Both the position numbers and the translations under genes were made by a program. Positions 9,060-17,384 of a DNA stretch of 38,337 nt are shown here, piece by piece; within the stretch, counting starts at the first letter, position 1, and every line of letters starts with the position of its first letter. Below the pieces are notes generated by a model, which saw nothing but the letters and a program-made list of their open reading frames with translations, was not told the DNA's origin and made no database searches. Source of the stretch: a bacterium (lineage in GTDB: Bacteria; Hinthialibacterota; Hinthialibacteria; Hinthialibacterales; Hinthialibacteraceae); contig JBHGBC010000046.1 in the NCBI GenBank assembly GCA_041946805.1, positions 1-38,337 on the forward strand, in the 5' to 3' direction.

Positions 9060-11891
9060 GTGAAGTGGAACGCCCCGGTTGGGATGCAGTGGTTTGCGCT
9101 AACGCTCGGCTTGGCGGGTTGGGGCATTGTCGTGGCCGGAGCGCCCCTCCTGAACGCCCAAACACCTCCCGCGCCCCCCGTGAATTACGACATCTTCGTG
9201 GATGCCAACTCGCGCCTGGATGCCCGCGACCTGTTCCGGATCCAGCAACTGTGGACCGGCTCCCCCAATCCCGTTGATTTCAACCAGGATGGAAAAACCA
9301 ACCGGATCGACCTCTTGCTCTTCATCCAATCGTTCCACTCCCCCGTTTCCAGCGCGATGACTCCCACGCCTACCGACACGCCCTCGCCGGGAGAACTCAC
9401 GCCCACGCCCACTCCCACGGCCACCGCGACGCCCACGGTGGGCGAAGCCACCCCGACTCCGGCCTTGGAAACCCCCACGCCGACCGTCCCCGAAGCCACC
9501 CCGACTCCCACCCCGCTTCCCGGGGAGACCACGCCCACGCCGGGGGAGTTGACGCCCACCCCCACCACTGGGGAGGCAACCCCCACACCGACTCTGGAGA
9601 CGGCCACCCCCACGCCGACCCTGGAAGAAGCGACCGCCACCCCAACTCCCATTCCGGGCGAAACCACGCCTACCCCGACGGTGACGCCCACACCGGGTGA
9701 ACTGACGCCCACCGCGACAACACCGCCGGGGGAGGAAACCCCGACGCCCACCGCCACGCTCACGCCCACGGCCACGTTCACCCCCACGGCCACATTCACC
9801 CCCACCCGGGTCACGGGAACCCCCACCCCCACGCCGGCGGGCGGACTCCATTTCTATGTGGATTTCGACAGCGCCAACACGTTTGACGATATCCCCGTGA
9901 CGCCCCTGGACGAGGAGGCCGCGGACGCCCTGATCGCCGCGGGCCGCATGCCGGCCATCAATCAGGTCGTGCCCTGGTTCATTTTCGACACGCAGGCCCC
10001 GAATCCCTCGGGCGTGGGAACCGCCTACAGCGAACCGAAAAGCGCCGCGATGAATCCCAACTTCGGCTTCTATTATTCGTCCCAGACCTCGGTCCTCGAA
10101 ATCGACGGGACCTTGGACACCTCCGGGGCCGTCATGCCCGTCCTGTCCTTCGAGGCGGCCTTCGCGTTTGAAGAGCCGTTCTTCGACGTGGGCGACTTTC
10201 TGGTGGTCGAAGTGCTCCGTTCCGGCCAAACCGCCTGGGAAATGGTGGACCTCAACCACGACGGCCAGGTCATCACCGATCCCACGGTCTTCGACCAGAA
10301 CAATCCCACGCAGCCGCTGCTCCCGGGAACCTTCGACGCCCTCTACGGCTATTCCAATCCGCAAAATCCCGGCGGACTCTTGACCCGCGCCGATTTCCTC
10401 TTCGTCCAACTCAACCTGCCGAAGGATCCCGCCCTGCGGATCGCGTTCCGCTTCCAAAGCAACTCGTCCATCGCCGCGGAGGGGATTTATCTCGACAACC
10501 TCCGCGTGATCGACGCCTCGGGCGGGCCGGTGGAGCCGGTCATCCGCACCATCACCAACCTGGCCGGCGCCGCGTTTTACGCCGACACCGAAAGCCAGAT
10601 CTTGATCCAGGGGACGCAACTCTCGCCCGCGAAAAAAATCTTCTTCAAGTCACGGGACGGCGAGGTGGAACTGACCTTCACCGAACAGGCGGAAGGCCTC
10701 GCCGCCGTTTTGCCCCGTCTGAGCAATCCGGCCCAGGGCGATACCGCCTCCCTGCGGGTGGTGCGGGCCGATGATGTCTCCTCGGCGGAGTTCAGCCTCA
10801 CCATTAATCCCGCGCCGGCTCCGGTGATTTCCACCATCAGCCCCTCGCCCTTCTTCCTGGATGCCGCCGGCTCGGTCATCCAGATTCTCGGCAACCATTT
10901 CCGGCCGGCGTTCGAGGGCGCGCCAGCCACGGGCGGATCCAGCGTGATCATCACCACGGGCTTGGGCGATCCCTTGGTCTTCAATCAACCGGCCCAGTTC
11001 ATTTCCCGCAATCTGACCACGTTGGAATTCGACGCCGCCGCGCTCAAAACCTTGCCTCCCGGCCCGGTGGAAGTGCGGATCCGCAATGAGTATTCCGGCC
11101 TCGAAAGCGCCTCCGTGATCCTTCCCCTGCAGAGCGGCGCGGGCGGGATCAGCGTGCAAAGCTTCCGCATCGAACTCGGCTTCGGCCTCTTCTCCTACGA
11201 TCCCGCCACCGAAACCTACCCGCTGCAGGCCGATCAATCCTTCACCCTGCTCTGGCAGATGGCGGACTTCTCCCCCGCGCAGATCAACATCGACATCAAC
11301 GGAAAGCCGTTCGTGGTGAACGGCCAGGCGGTGGGCGAAACGGGAAAAGTGAACGCCTTCCTCGACGCGTTGACCGGCGTCAGCCTGGAACTGGCCCCCC
11401 GGGTGCTGGACGCGACGGGAACCCTCACCGCCGCGATCCGCGCCGGCAACGGCAGCCCGGTGGAACGGACCTTCACGCTGAACGATCCCCAGCCGCCCCT
11501 CCTCTATCAACGCGCGGACGATTGGAGCAGCCAGACGCTTTCCATTGCGTCGGAGAACACCCTCAAGATCTCCGGCGACAACTTCCGCGGCCTGGGAACC
11601 GGCGCCACCGACCGCGAAACCGTCACCCGCGCCTATTTGATCCCCGTGGAAAGCACGGATCCCGAGGCGGACAAAATCGCCCTGCCGGCCATCCAGGATG
11701 CGTTCGACTACAACATCGAACCGCCCATCGACGAACTGACCGGGGAGGACGTGCTGTACCCGAGCGTCCCCGCCAACCTCTTTTCGGTGCCGGATGGGGA
11801 AACCCGCCGCTTCCGGCTGCGGGTGGAGAATCCCGATTCGGGCCTCTCCGCCACCAGCGCCCCGGAGGTGACGGTGACGTTCACGCCGTAG
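9060..11891 (+). CDS. Large secreted protein: N-terminal dockerin/EF-hand-like pair, Pro/Thr linker, jelly-roll-like domain and IPT/TIG-like Ig domains
   Basis: Signal peptide; DANSRLDARDL and DFNQDGKTNRIDLL Ca-loop-like pair; ~160 aa TP-rich linker; RIAFRFQS...EGIYLDNLRV; PVISTISP...IQILGNHF. Confidence 0.8.
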   Translation: MKWNAPVGMQWFALTLGLAGWGIVVAGAPLLNAQTPPAPPVNYDIFVDANSRLDARDLFRIQQLWTGSPNPVDFNQDGKTNRIDLLLFIQSFHSPVSSAMTPTPTDTPSPGELTPTPTPTATATPTVGEATPTPALETPTPTVPEATPTPTPLPGETTPTPGELTPTPTTGEATPTPTLETATPTPTLEEATATPTPIPGETTPTPTVTPTPGELTPTATTPPGEETPTPTATLTPTATFTPTATFTPTRVTGTPTPTPAGGLHFYVDFDSANTFDDIPVTPLDEEAADALIAAGRMPAINQVVPWFIFDTQAPNPSGVGTAYSEPKSAAMNPNFGFYYSSQTSVLEIDGTLDTSGAVMPVLSFEAAFAFEEPFFDVGDFLVVEVLRSGQTAWEMVDLNHDGQVITDPTVFDQNNPTQPLLPGTFDALYGYSNPQNPGGLLTRADFLFVQLNLPKDPALRIAFRFQSNSSIAAEGIYLDNLRVIDASGGPVEPVIRTITNLAGAAFYADTESQILIQGTQLSPAKKIFFKSRDGEVELTFTEQAEGLAAVLPRLSNPAQGDTASLRVVRADDVSSAEFSLTINPAPAPVISTISPSPFFLDAAGSVIQILGNHFRPAFEGAPATGGSSVIITTGLGDPLVFNQPAQFISRNLTTLEFDAAALKTLPPGPVEVRIRNEYSGLESASVILPLQSGAGGISVQSFRIELGFGLFSYDPATETYPLQADQSFTLLWQMADFSPAQINIDINGKPFVVNGQAVGETGKVNAFLDALTGVSLELAPRVLDATGTLTAAIRAGNGSPVERTFTLNDPQPPLLYQRADDWSSQTLSIASENTLKISGDNFRGLGTGATDRETVTRAYLIPVESTDPEADKIALPAIQDAFDYNIEPPIDELTGEDVLYPSVPANLFSVPDGETRRFRLRVENPDSGLSATSAPEVTVTFTP
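9358..9836 (+). repeat. Coding low-complexity (TP)n / TPTPGE repeats
   Basis: Translation shows recurring TPTPGELTPT and EATPTP units. Confidence 0.9.
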
Positions 11892-12007
11892 CGGCCGGAT
11901 CGAATACGTGCGTGTAATCCTTGACGAAAAATATAAGGGAAGGATTGTGCTACAATTGAGGGAGAATCGCACAAGCAACGATTCAACAATATGCCATGCA
12001 AGTAGAT

Positions 12008-12052
12008 GAGCGCCATCGGCGCGGCATGAGGGCCCAGGGCGTAAGCCCTGGG
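12008..12052. repeat. REP-like double-hairpin family E
   Basis: gcgccatcggcgc plus cccagggcgtaagccctggg; same architecture at 13504-13550, 19975-20022 and 20213-20261. Confidence 0.7.
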
Positions 12053-12221
12053 TCTGGAGTAGTAATGAATCCCCCCAAGACATATCGCATCCCGCGTTCT
12101 CCCCCTGGAGCATCCTCCCATTCCCCCCGTTTTTCCTTTACTCGCTCCGCGGATTGCGGGACAATACTCCATCCGCGGGATCCCGTTCCGTGGAAAAAAT
12201 CCACTCGCAAGGAGACAAGTC

Positions 12222-13481
12222 ATGTACTCATTCAGGGGGCATCGGGTCCAATTGTATGCCATTGTGTTCCTGCTCGGCTGGTTGGGAAGCGCCGGCGCGT
12301 TCGCGCAGCAACCCACGCTGACCGTGGAGCCGGCTCAACCCCGGGGATTGGACGACGTCACACTCATCGGGTCCGATTTTTCCGGAACCGCCGGCGCCGT
12401 GCTGGCCGCGGCCACGTTCCAACTGGCCGCCGATCCGGACTTCACCAAAATCTACCTGGTGTTCGGCAATTCCAGTTCCGCGGACGGTTCCACGCCCGCG
12501 TCAACCCGCTGCGTGGTGGATAACGACCGCTTTCCCCTCAACCTTCCCCTGTACGCCCGGGTCCAGTATCACGACTCCCAGGGCAATCTCTCTCCCTGGT
12601 CCGCGGGTGTGCAAATCACGCTGGGCGAACCGGCAGGGCTGAGCTTGATCTATTCCAACGATTTCGAAAGCACCCCGGCCGACGCCATCCCGGACGGTTG
12701 GGAAGTCTTCACCACGACCGACGACACCGGGCCGCAAGGCACGTACTATTACCCGGAATTGCGGCAGTGGGTGGTGAAGGACGTGGCGTTCTTGAACACG
12801 CTGCTGTACTACCCGAGTTATGGCGATCCGAGCGTGGTGGAAACCGACCTGAAGATCGCGGACGGCAAAACCCTGGTGGCCGATTCCGGCGACTACGTGG
12901 ATGAGCAGAATTTCTTTGAAACGCACATCATCACGCACGAATTCAACTTCACCGGGATCACGGACATCGTGGTGGCCTTCAACAGCAACTACATCCAAAA
13001 CCAGGACAACATCGCCATGCTGGAATACACCACCGACAACGGCACGGTGGACATCACCGCCGGATCCGGCATCACGGGGTGGCCGGTGGGCACGTGGTTT
13101 CCCGCCTTGTATTACCTCGACCGGGACCGGATTTCCTACGATGAAGAGGGCAACATCAATATTTCGGCAACCTTGGAAGGGCGGGATGACAAAAACTTCA
13201 CATGGTACGAGTATATTTTCGCCGAGGACAATGTCGGCGACGAAGAAGTGGCCAAGTTTCTTCTCCCCCGGCTGGATGACACCGCCATGGGCTCGGGCGG
13301 CGTCAACGGCGAATACGATTCCAAGCGCTGGGAACGCATCCGGCTCCCCAACCTGGACAACAAACCCTCGATCAAGTTCCGCTTTGCCTTCCAGGGATCC
13401 TGGAGCTGGTTCTGGACGATCGACAACTTCCAGATCTGGGGGAAATCCAGCACGCCGGTGCCCGATTGGCCGCTGTACTGA
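12222..13481 (+). CDS. Secreted acidic beta-rich protein of unknown function ending ...STPVPDWPLY
   Basis: AAGGAG RBS; signal peptide (AFA|QQ); FnIII-like N-terminal part (YARVQY.D..G..SPWS); jelly-roll-like C-terminal part (IKFRFAF.G.WSWFWTIDN). Confidence 0.85.
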   Translation: MYSFRGHRVQLYAIVFLLGWLGSAGAFAQQPTLTVEPAQPRGLDDVTLIGSDFSGTAGAVLAAATFQLAADPDFTKIYLVFGNSSSADGSTPASTRCVVDNDRFPLNLPLYARVQYHDSQGNLSPWSAGVQITLGEPAGLSLIYSNDFESTPADAIPDGWEVFTTTDDTGPQGTYYYPELRQWVVKDVAFLNTLLYYPSYGDPSVVETDLKIADGKTLVADSGDYVDEQNFFETHIITHEFNFTGITDIVVAFNSNYIQNQDNIAMLEYTTDNGTVDITAGSGITGWPVGTWFPALYYLDRDRISYDEEGNINISATLEGRDDKNFTWYEYIFAEDNVGDEEVAKFLLPRLDDTAMGSGGVNGEYDSKRWERIRLPNLDNKPSIKFRFAFQGSWSWFWTIDNFQIWGKSSTPVPDWPLY

Positions 13482-13503
13482 GGCATGCCTGGGAACGGCC
13501 CCT

Positions 13504-13550
13504 GCCAGGGGTTTTACCCCTGGCTCGGATAAGGCCGCCCCTACGGGGAT
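13504..13550. repeat. REP-like double-hairpin family E
   Basis: gccaggggttttacccctggc followed by cgcccctacgggg. Confidence 0.7.
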
Positions 13551-13624
13551 GGGAATTCCAGGGGCGTTGCGGCTGGCTTAAGTCATGGTTACCCTTCGGG
13601 GCGATAAATGCCGGGTGAATCCCG

Positions 13625-14251
13625 ATGCGGCGCATGGGTTTTACTTTAATCGAATTGCTGATCGTGGTGGCGATCATCGGCGTCCTGGCGGCGATCGCGG
13701 TGCCCAATTTCCTGAACGCGCAGATCCGCGCCAAGGTGGCCCGGGTGTACGCGGACACGCGGGCCTTGGGCACGGCGGTCGAAATGTACCGCGTGGATAA
13801 CAATGTCTACCCTTGCGACGGGCAGGAACCCGATTGCCTGTCGCCCTGGGCCACGCAAAGCTGGCGGTTGACCACGCCCATCGCGTACATGTCCAGCCTG
13901 CCCTTCGATCCCTGGGCCGACCAAACACCATGGGAAGACCAGGCGGTCAAGCACTACTGGTACACGACCCGGGAAGGATACGGCGGGACGCGCGCCTCCG
14001 GACGCCAGACCTCGGTCGCCGGGCGGAAAAATGTCCGCCTGTACGATCCGCCGCGCGATCAGTTCCGGTTCGGCTTCACCTCTCCCGGACCGGACAAATG
14101 CTGGGAATGGGACCGGCCGTATTACCCGGAATTCGCCAAGGCCTACGTGGGCGACGTTCTCTATTACATCCCCAGCAATGGGGTGATTTCCAACGGCGAC
14201 CTCTATCTGTTCGGCCCGGGCAACGCCTACAATCCCCCGGCCAATTTTTGA
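13625..14251 (+). CDS. Type IV pilin/pseudopilin-like protein (class III signal peptide)
   Basis: MRRMG|FTLIELLIVVAIIGVLAAIAVPNF N-methyl-Phe motif with Glu at +5. Confidence 0.92.
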   Translation: MRRMGFTLIELLIVVAIIGVLAAIAVPNFLNAQIRAKVARVYADTRALGTAVEMYRVDNNVYPCDGQEPDCLSPWATQSWRLTTPIAYMSSLPFDPWADQTPWEDQAVKHYWYTTREGYGGTRASGRQTSVAGRKNVRLYDPPRDQFRFGFTSPGPDKCWEWDRPYYPEFAKAYVGDVLYYIPSNGVISNGDLYLFGPGNAYNPPANF

Positions 14252-14394
14252 TGGATTCCGCTTCTCTAATCCATCCTGCGCCTGCCCCCTCTTCCTCCGG
14301 GAGAGGGAGGGGGTGAGGGAAATCCTTCCTAGGGGCTCATTCCCCATTCTCCTCACGCTTTTCGATGAGTTACGCTTCGCTAATCCATCCTGCG
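14250..14394. repeat. Family C - family B - family C REP-like mosaic between convergent genes
   Basis: gatggattccgcttctctaatccatcctgcg (14250-14280) and gatgagttacgcttcgctaatccatcctgcg (14364-14394) flank a family B unit at 14286-14319. Confidence 0.8.
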
Positions 14395-14421
14395 GCGGCT
14401 GAATCCCTCCTTGGCAATCCC

Positions 14422-16320
14422 TCAATCCTCCACCACGGGATCGGGGGCGCGGACCACCAACACCGGAATCTTGAGGGCGTGCCGGACGGGATCGACCGTC
14501 TGGCCCCAGAGCAGATCACCGACCATCCGGTGCCCGTGCGATCCGAGGACCAGCAGATCCAGATTCTCCTCCTGGGCCGTCTGGATGATTTCCCCCGCGG
14601 GATTCCCGTAACGTAAAATGGCGCCGACGGTCAGCCCCTGCTCCTCCAGTTCTTGCGTCAGGTCCTCGAGATAGGTTTGATCCTCCTGGGCATGAGGGTC
14701 GGCGGCCTCGATGCCGAACACCTGGGCGGGCGGCGAATCCACCACGTGAATCAAGGTCAGCCGCGCCTGCTCGGCCCGCGCCAGGGCCACCGCGCGGCTT
14801 AACACCTCCGCGTCGTGCGGCATCCGCTCCAGGGCCGCCCCGATATGGGTGAACGGCCGCTGGATGATATCCCCCAGCACTTTTTCCGCCATGTTCTCGC
14901 TTTCAAAAACCCAGGCGTGCGGCCCCCGCCACCAGGGCGCGAGGGTGATCCAGGCCAGCACACCCGCGCCGGCCGCCATCAGGGGAACAACTCCGATGCC
15001 CACGGCGGCGCCGATCCATCCCCCCATCACCCACCAGGACTCCAATTCCTCCCAGATCAATTGGCCGTTGAGCGCCGTGATCACGGCCGCGGCAATCCAG
15101 GCCAATCCCCGGATCCAGCCCCGGTTGGCAAAGCGGCCCATTTTGGCCCGGTCGTTGGTGAAATGCACCAGGGGGATGATGGCGAACGGCAACTGGAGGC
15201 TCAGCACCACCTGGCTGAGGATCAACAATTGATAACTGGCCTGTTCCCCGAACACCGCGATGGCCAGCGCCGCCGGCACAAGCGCCATCGAACGGGTGAC
15301 CAGCCGGCGCAGCCAGGGCGCCAGGCGGATCTGGACGAAACCTTCCATGACGATCTGGCTGGCCAGGGTGCCGGTCAAGGTCGAACTCTGCCCGGCGCAC
15401 AGCAGGGCCAGCCCGAACGCGAAAGGGGCAATTTGGGAGCCCAGGATGTTTTCGAGCAGGCTGTGGGCTTGTTCGATCTCGGTCACCACGATGCCGCGCG
15501 CGTGAAAGGTGGCCGCCGACATGATCAAGATCGCCGCGTTCACGAGAAACGCCGAATTGAGCGCCACCACCATGTCGATCAGGTTGAAACGGCAGGCCGT
15601 CGCCTTTTCATCGCCGAGGGGAGACACCCGTCTCGTCTGCACCAGGGCGGAGTGCAGATACAGGTTGTGCGGCATGACCGTCGCGCCCACCATGCCGATC
15701 GCGACGTACAGGCTGCCGCTCTCCAGATGGGGGATGAAGCCGGCGGCGATCCCGCCCCAATCCGGCTTGACCAGAAAAATCTCGATGACGAAGCAGGACC
15801 CGATGGTCCCCACCAGCCCGAGGATGAAGGCCTCCATCTTCCGGATCCCCAGCCGCTGGATGAGCAACAACAGGAAGGTGTCGAACACCGTAACCAGGCA
15901 TCCCCACAACAGCGGCAGGCCGAAAAGCAGCTTCAGGCCGATGATGGTTCCCAGCACCTCCGCCAGATCCGTCGCCGCGATGGCGATTTCGCAGAGGATC
16001 CACAAGACATAACTGACGAACCGGGGGTATTCCTCGCGGCAGCCCTGCGCCAGGTCCCGCCCCGTGACGATCCCCAGCCGGGCGCTCAAGGTCTGGAGCA
16101 GCACGGCGATCCCATTGGACATCAGCAGCACCCAGATCAGCGTGTAGCCGAAGCGCGCGCCGCCCTCGATGTCGGTCGCCCAGTTGCCCGGATCCATGTA
16201 CCCGACGCTGACCAGGTAAGCGGGGCCGACAAACGCCAGCAGCCGCCGCAACGTTCCCTTTTGTCGGACGTCCACCGAACGGTGCACTTCTTCCAGCGAG
16301 TTTTTACGGGTGCGATTCAT
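14422..16320 (-). CDS. mntH: Nramp-family divalent metal (Mn2+) transporter with C-terminal universal stress protein domain
   Basis: GYMDPGNW and GATVMPHNLYLHS Nramp motifs, SQVVLSLQLPFA; C-terminal LIHVVD...G.PA.EI...DLLVLGSHGH (USP). Confidence 0.93.
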   Translation of the reverse strand: MNRTRKNSLEEVHRSVDVRQKGTLRRLLAFVGPAYLVSVGYMDPGNWATDIEGGARFGYTLIWVLLMSNGIAVLLQTLSARLGIVTGRDLAQGCREEYPRFVSYVLWILCEIAIAATDLAEVLGTIIGLKLLFGLPLLWGCLVTVFDTFLLLLIQRLGIRKMEAFILGLVGTIGSCFVIEIFLVKPDWGGIAAGFIPHLESGSLYVAIGMVGATVMPHNLYLHSALVQTRRVSPLGDEKATACRFNLIDMVVALNSAFLVNAAILIMSAATFHARGIVVTEIEQAHSLLENILGSQIAPFAFGLALLCAGQSSTLTGTLASQIVMEGFVQIRLAPWLRRLVTRSMALVPAALAIAVFGEQASYQLLILSQVVLSLQLPFAIIPLVHFTNDRAKMGRFANRGWIRGLAWIAAAVITALNGQLIWEELESWWVMGGWIGAAVGIGVVPLMAAGAGVLAWITLAPWWRGPHAWVFESENMAEKVLGDIIQRPFTHIGAALERMPHDAEVLSRAVALARAEQARLTLIHVVDSPPAQVFGIEAADPHAQEDQTYLEDLTQELEEQGLTVGAILRYGNPAGEIIQTAQEENLDLLVLGSHGHRMVGDLLWGQTVDPVRHALKIPVLVVRAPDPVVED

Positions 16321-16344
16321 GGCGCCGGTTCCATGAGGGAGGTG

Positions 16345-16884
16345 TTACAACAAATCCGCCCAATCCCGGAGGCGGCGGGGCGTGAAATAGCGGATGGTGC
16401 CGCGGGAGATGATGCCGTTGGAAGGATTGTACGTCACCCACATGAAATCAGGATGAAAGCCGGGACCCAGCGAGAGCAGATAGATTTCCCAGCCCTCGGT
16501 GTTCCATTCCGTCCCCCCGGTCTTGTAACGGCCGGACTGGTCCTCCTCGTTGTACCAGTAGTTGTAGTAATCCCCGTAGCTTTTCTTGTACTCCGCCTGG
16601 CCCGCGCGGTAGGGATCGGCGGGGACGGAAGCCATGTAGGCCATGGGCGTCGACAGGCGGATGAGGCTGTTTTTTCCCAGAATGTAGTCGGAAACCGGCG
16701 GGCGGTTGTGGTCCAGCCAATACAGCCGCAGTTGCTGATCCATGGTGCGCATGTCGGCGATGATGCGGGTGACCTGGCTCTTGGTCCGGGCTTGCAGGAA
16801 ATTGGGGACGGCGATAGCCGCCAGGATCCCGATGATCGCCACGACGATCAACAATTCAATCAAGGTAAACGAATTCTTTCCCAT
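16345..16884 (-). CDS. Type IV pilin/pseudopilin-like protein, paralog of 13625 (alternative start 16902)
   Basis: MGKNS|FTLIELLIVVAIIGILAAIAVPNF; shares LxTPxAY, PxDP, SxGP and YxPSNGxISxG motifs with 13625. Confidence 0.9.
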   Translation of the reverse strand: MGKNSFTLIELLIVVAIIGILAAIAVPNFLQARTKSQVTRIIADMRTMDQQLRLYWLDHNRPPVSDYILGKNSLIRLSTPMAYMASVPADPYRAGQAEYKKSYGDYYNYWYNEEDQSGRYKTGGTEWNTEGWEIYLLSLGPGFHPDFMWVTYNPSNGIISRGTIRYFTPRRLRDWADLL

Positions 16885-17384
16885 CAGCCTTTCTCGCTTC
16901 ACACATGAATACAGCGAAGTGAATCCCAGGGGGCCGCTCCTCTAATGCCGAGGCCATCGTCCCGCGTGAAAGGAAATGGGATGACACGCCCGCCGGCGCC
17001 TCGGGCTGCTTCCATTTCACTGGATACCGTTTCATCTTCCAGCCCCCCCGAAAGCAAGTCAACCGGATAGCTCTATTTTTGCATTCCTTTTTTCAAAACG
17101 GGAGAGAATAGGGGCAGCCAATCCCGGAGAAATTGAACATGAATAGCCGGAGGTGAAAAACCCTCGGTTGCCGATGGGAACGCGCCCGTCCCGGCAGGGT
17201 TGAATGATGTAGGATTCAATCCCTCCTGGATTGGCGTTCACTCCCGGGAGCAGTGGAAAATTGATAGCATCATGAATCATCGAATCACGGGCTTTGTATC
17301 GATCGCTGCTTGCCAATCATAGATGCAACTCTATATACGGATTGATATCCGCATTCCAAAGACCGCAGCCAAGGAGGAACCATC

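Noticed and set aside
11921..11956. Canonical -35/-10 promoter (TTGACG ... TACAAT)
   Set aside because: The spacing is 24 nt. Only an extended -10 (TGCTACAAT) is plausible, which is too weak to call.
14250..14394. Possible mini CRISPR array (two ~31-nt direct repeats)
   Set aside because: Only two imperfect copies, an 83-nt spacer that is itself partly a repeat, no cas genes, and the unit matches dispersed REP family C.
16345..16380. Pilin C-terminus RRLRDWADLL as a fourth example of the Trp tail
   Set aside because: The context is basic, Asp sits at the hydrophobic W+2 position, and the paralogous pilin lacks it, so it is probably coincidental.
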